Origin: the human T2T-CHM13v2.0 reference genome, Homo sapiens
Strand: one strand, 5' to 3'
Length of the DNA: 64,000 nt
NCBI RefSeq assembly: GCF_009914755.1
Contig: NC_060932.1
Shown: positions 30,583-42,945 of the stretch, one piece after another
How the letters are laid out: every line of letters starts with the position of its first letter
How positions within the stretch are numbered: the first letter of the stretch is position 1
The notes under the pieces: model-generated
Seen by the model: only the letters and a program-made list of their open reading frames with translations
Database searches by the model: none
What the model was told of the DNA's origin: nothing
Translations under genes and position numbers: made by a program

Positions 30583-30692
30583 TTGTTGTAGAGAACAATG
30601 TCGGGGATCCAGATCATCTCAGAAGGGACCCTGAGAGATGTGATGTTGCCAAAATCAGTGGGGTTCCAGCGCAGTTTGTAGTCGCTCCACTC
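30583..30692 (-). CDS. CHRNA2: CHRNA2 coding exon ([11 protein letters not shown]...WIPDIVLYN)
   Basis: cag|GAG and AA|gtagga; 110 nt. Confidence 0.97.
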
Positions 30693-32688
30693 CTGTGTGT
30701 GGGGAAGGAGTTGTGTCAACCTCGCTTCCAGGGAGCAGCCTAGGGCAAAGCTAGCACACCCCGGGGATGCCCAGAATTGGGCCAAGCAGCCCCCTTGGAG
30801 CAGCCAGGGCTCCCCACCCAGCCCAGAATAGTGGAGGGAGCTGCGGTGCTGGGAACGGGCTCTGAGCAAGTAACCAACCTTCTCGCTTTGCCTGGACTTT
30901 AGTAGTCAAGGTCCCGGGCACATGAAGTTCACCCTTGTCCTGCCTCTAGTCCTCGCTCTGCCAATCCCTGGCTGGACGACCTTGGTGGGCCACCTCACTC
31001 ATCTCTAGTGAAATCTCTCATTTTTAGGGCATCACAGTTTATGGTTTGTTTTATGCTCTCCATCTAGGAAAAGCCTCCACGGGAGAGCCAAGCGGGGAAT
31101 GCAGAGCAGGTGAAAGTATCTCCCCATTTAGCAGATGAGCAAACTGAGGACCCAGAGACAGGAAAATCAACCAGCCAGAGGCATACAGTGAGGCAGGGGT
31201 GTTACCCGGGGACCTTCAAACTGCACTCTCAAGTGCCCCACAGGAGTCCCACCAGAGACGGGATGTCTGGCCCCCACCCCTGCCTCCACCGACGCAGGTC
31301 CAAATCAGTCCCCCTGCCTCCATCAGGTTCGTATTATCTCCGTAGTCCATCTGTCAAGTTTTCAGGTCCAACCAACATTTTGAGGCACCCACACCAAATT
31401 GTGGTACATTAATCCTCCCAGGCATGTGGCAGTAGGTTGTGTTATCCTCATTTTGCAAATGAGGAAACTGAGGCTCTGAGAGGTTACGTAGCTCATCCAG
31501 TATCACAAGCTAATCAGAGGCATTGCTGACTGGCCTCAAACTCCAGTACTCCTTCCTTGCCCTGCCACCCCAACCCTGAAGCCCAGGTGACCAGCCCATG
31601 GGGACAACTGTGGCAGCCCAGGTTCTAGGCCTGCCTCCCTGCACACATACACCGCATGACTGGGTAGCTTCCAAGTTCCTGCTTCCCTCTGGCCCTCAGC
31701 TGTCACATCTGTAAAGATGAGATGAGTGACCCCCTGATAGCTCCTGGGTTACAGCATCAGAGGGAGGGAAGCCTCCGACCTAAGCGGGATCTGTGCGCCC
31801 TTTCCTGAGTCTAACTGGGCTCTATGACTGTCTGGACCAGTAGTATACAACAAGATCAATGCTGGCCCAGTTTCTTTTACTCCCTGTCTCTTGGGACTCT
31901 CACTCTGGAATCCCTGAACCACCAGGCAGGATGTCTGACTCCCCTGCTGGAGAGACTCTGAGGATGCCTGAAGGGGGCGAAGGGCCCATCTGAGTCCAGC
32001 CTTCCAGAACCTTCCAGCACCTTCCAGAGCCTTCCAGACATCCCTGCTAAGGGACAGATGTGTGAATTAAGCTGTCTCAGACCCTCCAGACCAGATGAAC
32101 CCTCACTCAAATATCACAAAGTAACCCTAGTGGTCACCATGTGAAGCAGAAGAAACCACCCAAACTCCTGGCCATAAAGCCATGAGATACAGTGAGCTGG
32201 GAGCTGCTGTGAGCCTCTAAGTTTGGGGTTATTTGGGTGGCAGTATAGGTATTAAGCACTCAGCGTTCTCCCATAGAAGGAGCCTGGGACTCGGAGTCAG
32301 GCACAGCTGGGCCCCCTTTTCCAGCCCAGCTTCTCTCTGCTTCGTGATCTCCTGAGCTGTAAAATGGGCAGAATGAACCCCCCGTGGGGCTTTGGGGAGG
32401 ATTCCGAAGTAGCAGGGATGAACAGATGCCTGTTCCCAGGAAAGCACCACTTGGCTTTCTAGTGCCTGAGGCTATGTTCTCAGGCACTAGACTCCAGTCT
32501 AGCCACAAAGAGCACAGGCCCTGTGGAAAAAGTCAGCTTTGGGAACATCCCACATGGCATCTGCTTGGTAAACTAAGTTCAGGGTCTTGCTGTTCCTTGG
32601 TCTTTCACTAGCGAAGAAGTCCTGGAGGGGTCTGGGGTCCATGGATTCCCGGTACCCGCCACCTGGACTGGAGGAGGGGGGCCCTCAC

Positions 32689-32733
32689 CTGTTTTAGCCA
32701 GACGTTGGTGGTCATCATTTGGTTCTTCTCATC
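32689..32733 (-). CDS. CHRNA2: CHRNA2 coding exon (DEKNQMMTTNVWLKQ)
   Basis: cag|GAT and CAG|gtgagg; 45 nt. Confidence 0.96.
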
Positions 32734-33114
32734 CTGGCCCAGAGAGAGACAGAGGAGCAATTAAAGGGGTGGGCCCAGCCCCAGAAGACAGGGTGGAGTG
32801 GGATGGGCTGTTTTCAGACCCTCTGATAGGACACCCCAAGCCCAGCCCGCCCGCCACCCACTCTGAAACCTGCCACCCTTACTCAGATTCTCCAGGGTCA
32901 CACAGGCACTGCTGCCAATCAATGCCCTCCTAGGAGGGAGCTCCAGAGCTGGGAGAGGGGAGAGCGTAGCCGCCCTGGGAAGAGCCATCCCCAACCCCAC
33001 CCCAAGTCACTGCTGTGCGTGAGGGCAGGGCTGGGGTAGAGGAAGGAGCAGGGGGAAAGCGGTGGGTGGTCTGGGATCTCCTTCCTCGGGCCAGCGGTGG
33101 GAAGACAGGCGCAC

Positions 33115-33335
33115 CACATCGATGAGCTGAGCGATGGACAGTCCAAAGCGCACAATCACCACGTCTGAAGTGTTGGGCACCGGGCGCGCCCAGCGGTTGT
33201 AGCCCCGGAAGAGGTGTTTGAAGAGCCGGTCCTCAGTCTCGGTATGCGAGCCTCCCTGCGGCAATGCCGTGGGACTGGGAGAGGAGAGTGGGTCTCCAGG
33301 AGCCCTGGGAGGTGGGCGCTTAGCTTCCTCTCCAC
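33115..33335 (-). CDS. CHRNA2: CHRNA2 coding exon (GEEAKRPPP...EDRLFKHLF...AQLIDV)
   Basis: cag|GT and GTG|gtgcgc; 221 nt. Confidence 0.95.
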
Positions 33336-34339
33336 CTGCCATCAAATCAGAGCCACTCAGCCTCACTGAGCCTCAGTTTGCTCATCTGTAAAATGGAGAT
33401 GCTTATCCAGAACCTATCTCAAAACATTGTTGAAGATGGCAGATGATAATGTCTATCAGAGCTGAGCACAGCATGAGCAGGCTGCGGGGTCGGAGCTCAG
33501 GAAAGGTCAGCTGTTTTGTGATGTTAGAGAAGAAAAGAGTGAGAACTAGTGCTGCAGGTGGCGAGGGGCAGGGGCAGAGGCAGGGAAGAGGGGAAACGAA
33601 TCTAGAGACAAGATTCAGCCCCATATGGAGGAGTGCCAGGTGGACAGGGAAGTGGAAGAGACGCCTGGTCTACGTGGGGGGGCTGCAGGGAGAAGGGCTC
33701 TGGCATTGCAGTAAGCCTGGCCAGGGTAAGCAGTCTCCCGTTCCCACCCACTTGTCCGATGAACCATTAATGCTAACAGGGAAATGGACCGCTTTGGGAA
33801 CCTCCCCAATTTTTTCTTAAACCATGGGCATTTGCCACTTCCTATCAGATAAACAAAGCTTTTCAAAATGTTTCTATGGCATCGCTCATGTCAGTTTTCA
33901 CTGTGTTCAGCAAACAGCTTCACCCCTTCAGGGCTCTGCTGTCCGAGCGAGTCGAGAACTACAGCTCCAAATCCCAGAAAAACGTGTCAGCACCATCTGG
34001 GACAGAAAGCGCTGTGTCCCGAGTGCCTCCTGTATCCCAGATTCTGGTCACAAACTTGCGTTTAATCCTCACAATAGGCCTGGGAGGTACACAACACTAT
34101 TTGCGTTTTGCAGCTGAGGACATTGAAGCTTGGGGACATTTAAGGTGACACAGATGCTAACGTCAGAGCTGTGACTGCCCCTCCACCTCTCCCAGTGGAA
34201 ACAGCCACCTGGCTGATGGCCTCTGAAGTCCCCTGCAGCTTTGACGGTTGCAACACATCCACCTGCAGACTCCTTCCTACAATTTGTGAGCCCACAGGCA
34301 TGAGATGAAGTCTTACAATGACAGGTGACAAACACTCAC

Positions 34340-34412
34340 CTGCTGGGGTCAGAAGGAGCCACCACAGGCTGAGCTTTGTGAAGGACAGGAACACAGGACA
34401 GGAGGGGCCCAT
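34340..34412 (-). CDS. CHRNA2: CHRNA2 first coding exon (signal peptide MGPSCPVFLSFTKLSLWWLLLTPA); exon extends as 5'UTR to about 34548
   Basis: GCCATGG Kozak context, G|gtgagt donor; acceptor ttgctcag|G at 34548. Confidence 0.95.
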
Positions 34413-34884
34413 GGCTTCTCCTGAGCATCAGGAGGTCAGGTCAGGGCTTTGCTGTGGGTTGCACCATGGACCATGTCCCCAGCAGAGCTGCTGCTGGATT
34501 CTGTGAGGATTCTGCTGGATTCTGCGAGGCTTCCTCTCACCACCGAACCTGAGCAAGCCCAAGAAAGGGCTCTTAGGGTCATGCATCCTTGACATAGGCA
34601 TATTTCTGTTTCTCATGCTCCACAAAGGCATGAAATGAGAGCAAAAGGCCCTCAGCAGGCCTCTCAGCAGTTAAGTGCTCCTGGGCTCTCCCTGGCTTAT
34701 TGAGGAATCAGCCTCTTCCTCTTTCTCCAGAGTCAGCCAGCGACTCTGCCCTAAGACCAGCCCTGACCTACTGGGCAAAGGAGGGCACAGGATGGGACTG
34801 AGGTCCCCATTGCTTTGCCTCAGTGGTCATCTATAAAATGGGGATAATCATACTGCAAAGAGTGGTCAATAAAAGGATCAGGGT

Positions 34885-36190
34885 ACTATTCACAAGATCC
34901 AAAGAGTGGAAACAGCCTTTTGTCCAAACAAATGTCCATCAGCTGATGAATGGATGGACAAAAGGCAGTAAATCCTTACAACGGAACATGATGCCACCAT
35001 AAAAAGGACTGAGGTGCTGACGCTTGCTACAGCATGGAGGAACCTAGAAAGCATTGTGCAAAGTACCAGAAGCCAGTGGCAAAAAGCCACATACTGAAGG
35101 TGATATTGTAAAAAATATATTTGGTCTTCAATCCTATCTCCTGGAATACAACTCCTAAGATACTGGGAATCTCCAAAATGATATCTTTTTGCATGACTGG
35201 TGGCTGGCAGCCCCTAGGCAGCTGCAGGATGGGGCTGGTCACAGGAAGACAAAGGCAGGCTTTAAAGGGTTGGGGCTTTCAGCCCCACCCCTCAAACCTC
35301 CAGGGACAGGAGAGGAGATAAAGGTTAAGTTGATCGCCAATGGCCACTGGATTAATCAATCGTGCTGCATAATGAGGCCTCCATAAAACCCCGAAAGGAC
35401 AGGTTTTGAAGAGCTTCTAAATAGCAGAACATTGGAGGTTCCTGAGGGGTGATGAGCCCAGCGAGGGCATGGAAGCTCCGTGCCCCTTCCCAAACCTTGC
35501 CGTATGCATCTCATCACCTGTATCTTACACTATCTCTTATAAGCTAGTAAACCAGTGTTTCCCTGAATTCTGTGAGCCACTCTAGCAAGTTAGTTGAACC
35601 CAGGGAGGGGGTCATGGGAACCCCAATTTATAGCCAGTGGGTTAGAAGCACAGGTAAAACAACCTAGGACTTGTGATCGGCATTGACATTGGGGGGCAGT
35701 GTTGGGGACTGAGCCCTCGACGTGTGGGATCTGAGCTGTCTCCAGATGGATGGTGTCTGAATTGAATTAGAAGGCACCCAGCTGATCTCTGCTGCAGAAT
35801 TGACAGCTTGCTTGCGGGTGAGGAGAAATCCCCACATCTTTGGGGGGTCACAGAAGTCTTCCGTGTTGATTGTTGTGGGGTGAGAGCAGAGAAAAACAGT
35901 TTGTGGTTTTTCCTACACATTGTATGATCCTACTGATATGGAATATGCAGAATAGGCAAATCTATAGAAACAGAACGTAGATTAGTGGTTGCAGGGGCAG
36001 CGGGAAGGAGGGATGGGAAGTGACTGCTTAATGATCACTGAGTTTCCCTTAGAGGGGATAAGAGATCTCTGGAACTAGACGGTGTGATGTTACACAGATG
36101 TGTGAATATACTAAAATTCACCGAATTGCACACTTTAAATGGGGGAATTTTATGATATTTGAATTTATCTCAAAAAAAGTTATTATTAAA
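34885..36190 (+). mobile_element. L1M 3'-end fragment interrupted by a MER21-like LTR (about 35099-35919)
   Basis: aatgtccatcagctgatgaatggat and aggcaaatctatagaaacagaa L1 motifs; insert begins gtgatattgtaaaaaatatatttggtcttc. Confidence 0.72.
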
Positions 36191-36770
36191 AAATAAACAA
36201 ACACCTCATGGATTAAGAAGCAGCAGCTACCCCTCTTGACTGTGGTGACAGTGATATTTGCCAAACATGGAGAATCAATACACAAAGGGTTCTAGTGACC
36301 AGAAGGACACAGATGTCAAAGATGGGGTAAATATAATGTTTCATATGAAATGAATGTTTCATAATTGAGAAAATTGGGAAAAGCAGTATTTTAAAATATT
36401 ATTTTATAGAGTATTTGATTTAAAAAATATATATATATATCACTAAAATAACATTATTGCCTTAAAAGCTTACACATTCAAATTAGCATTTTTTGAAACA
36501 GCCCCCCTTATGGAGAGAAGAGCATGGCCTCATGTTCCGGGACACATCGTGTATGTGGCCTAGGGAGATAACAAAGGCTCTCGGTACAGCTAGTGGGTGC
36601 AGGATTTCCTTTGGAAGGGTGAGAATGTTCTGGAACTAGATAGTGGTGATGGCTGCACACTGTTCGAATTGTACTAAATGCCAATAACGATCAATTTTAT
36701 GTTATGTGTATTTAGCCACAACTTTTCAAGAAAGAATAAGGGTAAAAGTGGCTTTAAAAATATAAACCAA

Positions 36771-37082
36771 GGGTTGGGTACAGTAGCTCATGCCTGTAAT
36801 TCCAGCTCTTTTGGAGGCCAAGATGGAAGGAGTGTTTGAGCTCAGCAGTTCAAAACCAGCCTGGGCAACATAGTGAGACCCCCCCCCCCGTCTCTACAAA
36901 AAATTCAAAAATTAGCTGGGCATAGTGGTGCGTGCCTGTGATCTCAGCTACTGGGGAGGCCAAGAAGGGAGGGTCGTGTGAGCCTGGGGAAGTCAAGGCT
37001 GCAATGGGCTATGATCTTGCCACTGCACTCCAGCCTGGACAACAAGCAAGATCCCATCTCAAAAAGAAAATAAAAATAAAAG
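36771..37082 (+). mobile_element. Alu (AluJ-like)
   Basis: Alu dimer with A-rich tail. Confidence 0.88.
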
Positions 37083-38614
37083 TAAACCACCGGGTATGAG
37101 AGAATCAGAATTATTATTCATGAAGTTGTGAAACCACTTCTATCTAGTCATTCTCATCCCCCCCGTCCACTCTGACACAGACTCTCAACAGTGTTTCCAG
37201 CATCACTAATCCTCCATCTCTCCCAGGGTCGGTTGCACCGGCCCATCCTAACCTCCTGGCAGGAGATGAGAGCAGGGCTGGCACTGGCAAATGTCGCTTT
37301 GAGTCCTGGCCCCACCACTGGCTGGTGATGATCTGTGAAAGGTCACTCAATCCCCCTGGGATTTTGTCTTAAGATAAAGATTGGACACTTTCTGCCCTGT
37401 GGGAGGAGTGACGGGAGCAAACGGGATCACTTGTGCCCATGAAAGTCCCCGGGGAACTGCAGAGGGCTGGTCAGGGAACAGGTTGCTCTTATGGTTGTCA
37501 GGGCCCATGACCCACAGTGGCATTGCACAATGACAGTTTGGGTCAAGTAGGAGAAGAGGAATGTGGGAAGGATTTGATGTGAATTTCAATGTGTTGGAAT
37601 TGCTGGCATATACTGACTACAGCACAGACACCAGAGTGTTTTAGGGGAAAAGGGCCTGCCTGCATCAATTTCCCCAGAAGGTTTCAATTCAAAGACTTGT
37701 TGAAAATAGAGGATTACATTTTTCTTCTGTTCCCTTGGGAGAATATTGCCCCTGTCCATGAGCTGCCCTTATCCTCCATGCCACCCTACACCCCATCCTG
37801 CCCTGGGATTCCTCCCTTTGTCCCAGCTCTTAGAGGTTCCCGGTTCCTTCCTGGCTCTGAAAATCCCCAGCTGGCAGGTGCAAAAGGTTGGCGGTTCCCA
37901 GTATATGGAATGAACTGCCCGAGAGAGCATCCCAAAGCTCTCCCAGAATGGTGCCTCCAGGGGGAGAAGCAGGGAGTCCTGGCAGTGGGAAGCTTCTCCA
38001 CAGATAGGCCTGGTACACACAGCCCCACTGGAGCTGCTCTGTTCACACAGCAAACCCTGCAGCATAACTGTCAAGAGCTCTCGTTCAGGAGTGCAGCTTT
38101 ATATAATGTGTAAACTCACATCGCCCTGCAAATTATGCAGAATGTTTGTACAGCACCCACCCCAGCCTGGGCATCAGCAGCTTCTGTGGCTCAGGTGAAC
38201 CGCAGTGGCAAGGTCTGGGATCTCTGGCCCTCGAAGGTGCAGGGACTTGTCCCCAGGGGACTTCCCCAAAGCAGACCATTGCAAAGGAAACAGCACAGCT
38301 AACTGATTTCCAGAGACAGCTTTACCATCTTGCTCTTTTCTCTTTTAATCTCTTTTCTGCATACAAATAGATCACCTGTGTTATCTCTGGGCGCAGGAAT
38401 TAGAGGTGATTATTATTCTTTTTGACAGTTTTCTGCATTTTCCAAATTTCCCACTATCAACATGTATCGGTCACTTAATATAAAAATAATTTTCAAGCAG
38501 GCAGCAATACCTGTGATGTGTTTTACAAGCCCTCCCCTCATCTCACAGCAGCAGGAGCTCACCCAAACTGTGTAGATTTGACTCCACTCTTCCATCAGAA
38601 TGCAGTGCAGTTCA

Positions 38615-39085
38615 TCAATCAGCTGTGTAAAAAGTGGAAGCAACTCCGGTATCCAGCGACAGATGAATGGTTGAACAAATGTGGTCTATCCATACAGTGG
38701 AATATTATTTGTCCTTAAAAAGGACAGAAATTCTGACCCATGCTACAACGTGGATGAAACTTGAGGGCATTATGCTATGTAAAATAAGCCAGTTACAAAA
38801 AGACAAAGACATTATGATTCCTTTTATAGGATGTTCCTAGAATAGTCAAATTCATAGAGACAGAAAGTAGAATGGTGGGTGCCAGGAGCTAGGGGGAGGG
38901 GAGTGAGGAGTTATTGTTCAATGGGTACGGAGTTTCATTTGGGATGATGAAAAAAATCTACAGATGGACAGTGGTGATGTCTACACAACAATGTGAATGT
39001 TCTTAACACGATGAACTATATACAGTTAATAATGGTTACATTATTATGGTAAATTATGTTATGTATATTTTACCACAAAAATAGT
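38615..39085 (+). mobile_element. L1MB-like 3'-end fragment
   Basis: gatgaatggttgaacaaatgtggtctatccatacagtggaatattat...tagtcaaattcatagagacagaaagtagaatggt. Confidence 0.8.
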
Positions 39086-41721
39086 CTTTTTAAAGGTCAG
39101 CTGTGTTCATCTGGAATCACCTTAGGGCTGAGGCCTAGGAAATGGGATCGCTACATTGATCTGAAAGGTCAAATGGGACTTTCAGAGAAAAGTGGAACTT
39201 CCTGTCGTGAGGTCACTCCTTAAGGGTGACCACTGTATCTTATTCACCTCTTCCCTCCAGCCCCAAGCACAGCCCCAGCTTACTTTGTGGGTTCCAGGTG
39301 TTCAGAGCTACCTGCAAAAGGTACCCAGGGCAGGAGGAGGGCTCCAAGAGCCTGAGGAAGGAGACTAAGGCTTCTCACTTAATTTGGGGAGCAGCACTGC
39401 ATCAAACATTTGCATTCATAGTGTGATTGTTTATCCTTTTCTTTGTTTATCTTTCCACTACCTCATTCATTTTGTTGTTGTTGTTGTTTCATGCTTGGAC
39501 TGTAAGAGAATGTACTACCTCATTCTTCATCAGGGCCAACAGTGTGCCAGGCACTAGGAACAGGGAACTGAGTGAGCTTGAGTAGAGAAGAACCAAAAGG
39601 AAGGAAAATGCTAGAGTCTCATCCACTCGTCCACCCCTAATGTGGGGCATGACTTTATTCATTTAGCCCCATTGCTTCCAAAGCCATCCAGGGAGGCCCC
39701 AAGTTCCCTGAGGCATCCTTTCCAGGCTTTTTACAACTCTCCACATTGGGAAGCTTTTCCTCGAGTCTGAATCTGCATAAGCATCTGAGAGATGCTTGAG
39801 TTGTGTTGAGTTGAGTTTAGAGACCCTAGTGTTGTTATCCGAGATTAAATCTCGTTAATACCCAGGGGAAACTGCAGAGCAGGTGAAGTTTTTTTCTCTG
39901 CTCTCCGCAATCATTCAAACACCTGACAATCACAAAGCTGCCTTTCTGGTTCCTTGTCTCTTGTCTCTTTCATCCTTTCTACCTGGAGGATTTAGGATCC
40001 TCAAAGATCCCACACCCTTCCCCATTTACCTGTGGCTCAGTGCCATCTAGAAGTTTCATTTGCTAGTTAAAATAAAAAAGAGTTGTGAAATTCCATTGCT
40101 TATGTCTACTTTCATACAGGCGTGAAGTTTTTACTAGATATTAGAACACAGGGCTGATTTGGGGCAGGGAACGAGGATTTCAGAATCCCCCTTGATGTTA
40201 ATTCCTAAAACGTCTTCCTAAGAACACTGTGCATTTATGTTGTTTTCAGGTTTACAAGGTACTTTTGCAGCTTTCACCTATTTGGGCCTCACGTGACCCC
40301 TAGGAGGGTGTGGGGAAGAGATATAATTATCCCTTTCATGTAAGTAAAAAAAAAAAAAAACTGATGTTCAGAGAAGTTGACCAAAGCCATATAGATAAAA
40401 AGTGATAAAGCTGAGATTCAAGCTAAGATCTTTAGCTTCGAAACTAGAATGCGATAAATTATAACGTGGTGTTAACTAGGGGGGCGATTTCGTATTAGCA
40501 ATTCAGCCAGTACTCACCTGTGTTCCGTAGACCCTAGCACTGTGTCTGTCATTGCTAAGCCACCATCAGGACTGAGGTCTGTTGAGGACAAGTGAGGAGA
40601 GGGGACAGGCACCTCACCCCAAAGCTAGGCCCACCTGGATCCCAGATTCTAGCAGGTTCCTCTAGTGCAGATTCACTTTCTCATCCAGCCAACCAATATC
40701 ATAGTTGCAAATTCCAAAGCTATCATCTGTTTCACCTTTTAACCAAGTGCATTTTTTAAAAAGGAGATTTTTTTTTCTCCATTAGTGAGAATAGGAATCC
40801 AAGCATGCTAACATTGCATCATTTAGAGATCCAAGGAGAGCCACCCGGGAACCCCCAGAAGAATGTGCAAATAAGATGCAGTGACTCTAGAGGATGTATT
40901 CCCAGCAAGATGCCTCAAACCTGCATCCCCTGTGATAAGCCCACTATATCATTTCATTTAATTTGTCACTGGAAACCAAAGGAGGAATTGTTCCAGGTGA
41001 TTGACAGTAATTAGAGGGAACTTCCACCTCTGGTTAGGAAGATGTCAAAAAAAAAAGAGCTGCACACTTTGACCCTCTAAGTGGCTGGATTGGCAGATTT
41101 GGGGAAGGGGAGAGAGTGGGATGAGGTCCCTAATTGTAAAGTGGGTCTGGGTGAATGGGGTACACAGAGAAGCCTATGTAAAAGAGATTGCATACGTAAA
41201 GTGCTCGGACATCAGTGTCCCCACTGGGCTTGTGTCGCTGCTCACGTACACCAGTTCCAGGCCACCCCCACCCCACCCCCACACTCACTGCAGCATCTCT
41301 AGCCTGCCTGAATCCTGGTTCCGTGGAGGTCAAGGTGATTTGAGCTCACTTCCCTGTCCATGGTTCTACTAATTCTGTTTTCAACTTCTCACCCACCAGT
41401 CCACATTCTCCTCTTTTTACTAACATTTCCTTCTCCCAAAAGGCTGCTTCCATCCCACCTGGTTCCTTTCTGCTGTCCAGAACCTCCCCAAGCATACAGG
41501 TCTCAGCTTTTTCACAACTGGCAACATTACACTCCCAAAGAAGCCCCTCCATTAGAGAAACCAGTATGATTTCTTCTTCCAAATAAATGCACTCAAGGTG
41601 CTTAGGGGCTAGAGAGTGTAATTCTAGCTTTTATATCTGTTTTGCTCAATCACAGAAGTTTAACACTCAAGGTTGGGTGGGATCTTGAAGGTCATCTGAA
41701 CAACCACACCAGCTGATGGAG

Positions 41722-41818
41722 GAATCCACTTCACAAATGCCAGCCTTGGAACAAGCCCAGCTGTAAAGAACTTGAAGAACCTTGGAAGGTATTTACCTTC
41801 TAAGTCAGTAAATAGCAT
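41722..41818 (+). repeat. 97-bp direct repeat, copy 1
   Basis: 95/97 identical to 42849-42945. Confidence 0.92.
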
Positions 41819-42173
41819 TGCTGTCTTTTAGCCCTTTTAAAGGACATAGACAATTTACAGAATGAGTAAATAAATGAACAAAAGAATGGACAGCAGTAGT
41901 AAAGACATAGGAGCAGATACAGTGTAACAAAGCCACTATTCCTGAGACTGGGCTAGCCATCCTAGCCAGGAGGTGTTCATCGTCACCTGGCTGTGGACAG
42001 CTCCAGCAGGGACAACCAGGAGACTAAAATATTTCTAGGAGCAGGTGACATCCAGCATTCAGACATAACCCCCTCCTGAGTACCCAGAAACTGCTAGTAT
42101 TTCTTTGACCCCATATCCACAAGCTCTCCACATGCATGCCGCCCTCAACATAAGCCTTGGGTACCTTTCTTAC

Positions 42174-42640
42174 CTGTGGTTACAGAAGAAAACAGGTCAT
42201 TGAAAGGATGCAGAGAACCAGCCTGGCTTGGAGATTCTGGGCAGCTGACAAAAGTCACCCCAGAAATAGAGTGGCAGGTACAGAATAGAGCTCAGTCACT
42301 TCATTTCATGGTCAAACAGAGGCTGAAGAGTGAGGGTTTAGGAGACACCCCGTCGAGCAGAAGACTTACATGAGAGGCATTTGGCTTCCCGGGGACAGCT
42401 GGGCAAGCTCTGCAGAGAGGTGGGTTTTCCTGGGGCTGTCCAGCTCTGGCAGCCAGAACGGCTTCATGCAGGTGCCACTGAGGACAGCCCAGGCAGCCCA
42501 GCACAAGCGATTCTGCAGGTGAAACCCAAGCCTGGCCCCAGGAGGGGATGAGGGCTCAGCACACAAGCACACAGGCTCACGCTGTTCTCTCTCTCTCTCA
42601 CACACACACACACATACACACACACACACACACACACAGC
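42174..42640 (-). other. CHRNA2: Probable CHRNA2 non-coding first exon (5' end approximate)
   Basis: Consensus donor CAG|gtaaga at 42174 and a second donor CAT|gtaagt at 42370. TSS placement near the (TG)n/(GA)n repeat is inferred from recalled gene length. Confidence 0.6.
42586..42638. repeat. (TC)n(CA)n compound microsatellite at the CHRNA2 5' end
   Basis: Read directly from the sequence. Confidence 0.95.
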
Positions 42641-42848
42641 CTCTCTGGAGGGGAAGGAGGAGGAGCCTGTGACTCTCCAGCCTATGTCCGGTGGGGACAG
42701 ATGCAGCTCTGTCCAGTCACCACGATGCTCCCTTCCCTGCTCTCTGGACCCCTGGGCTCCAGGATCACTGCCTGGGGCCCCTGAGTGCACCCACAGGTTC
42801 TGGGTCCTGGGTCCTGGGTCTGTCTGTCAATACAGCTTCACTGTATGT

Positions 42849-42945
42849 GAATCCACTTCACAAATTCCAGCCTTGGAACAAGCCCAGCTGTAAAGAACTT
42901 GAAGAACCTTGGAATGTATTTACCTTCTAAGTCAGTAAATAGCAT
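42849..42945 (+). repeat. 97-bp direct repeat, copy 2
   Basis: 95/97 identical to 41722-41818. Confidence 0.92.

Noticed and set aside
37589-38113. 174-aa intronic ORF antisense to CHRNA2
   Set aside because: No recognisable homology or gene-structure support.
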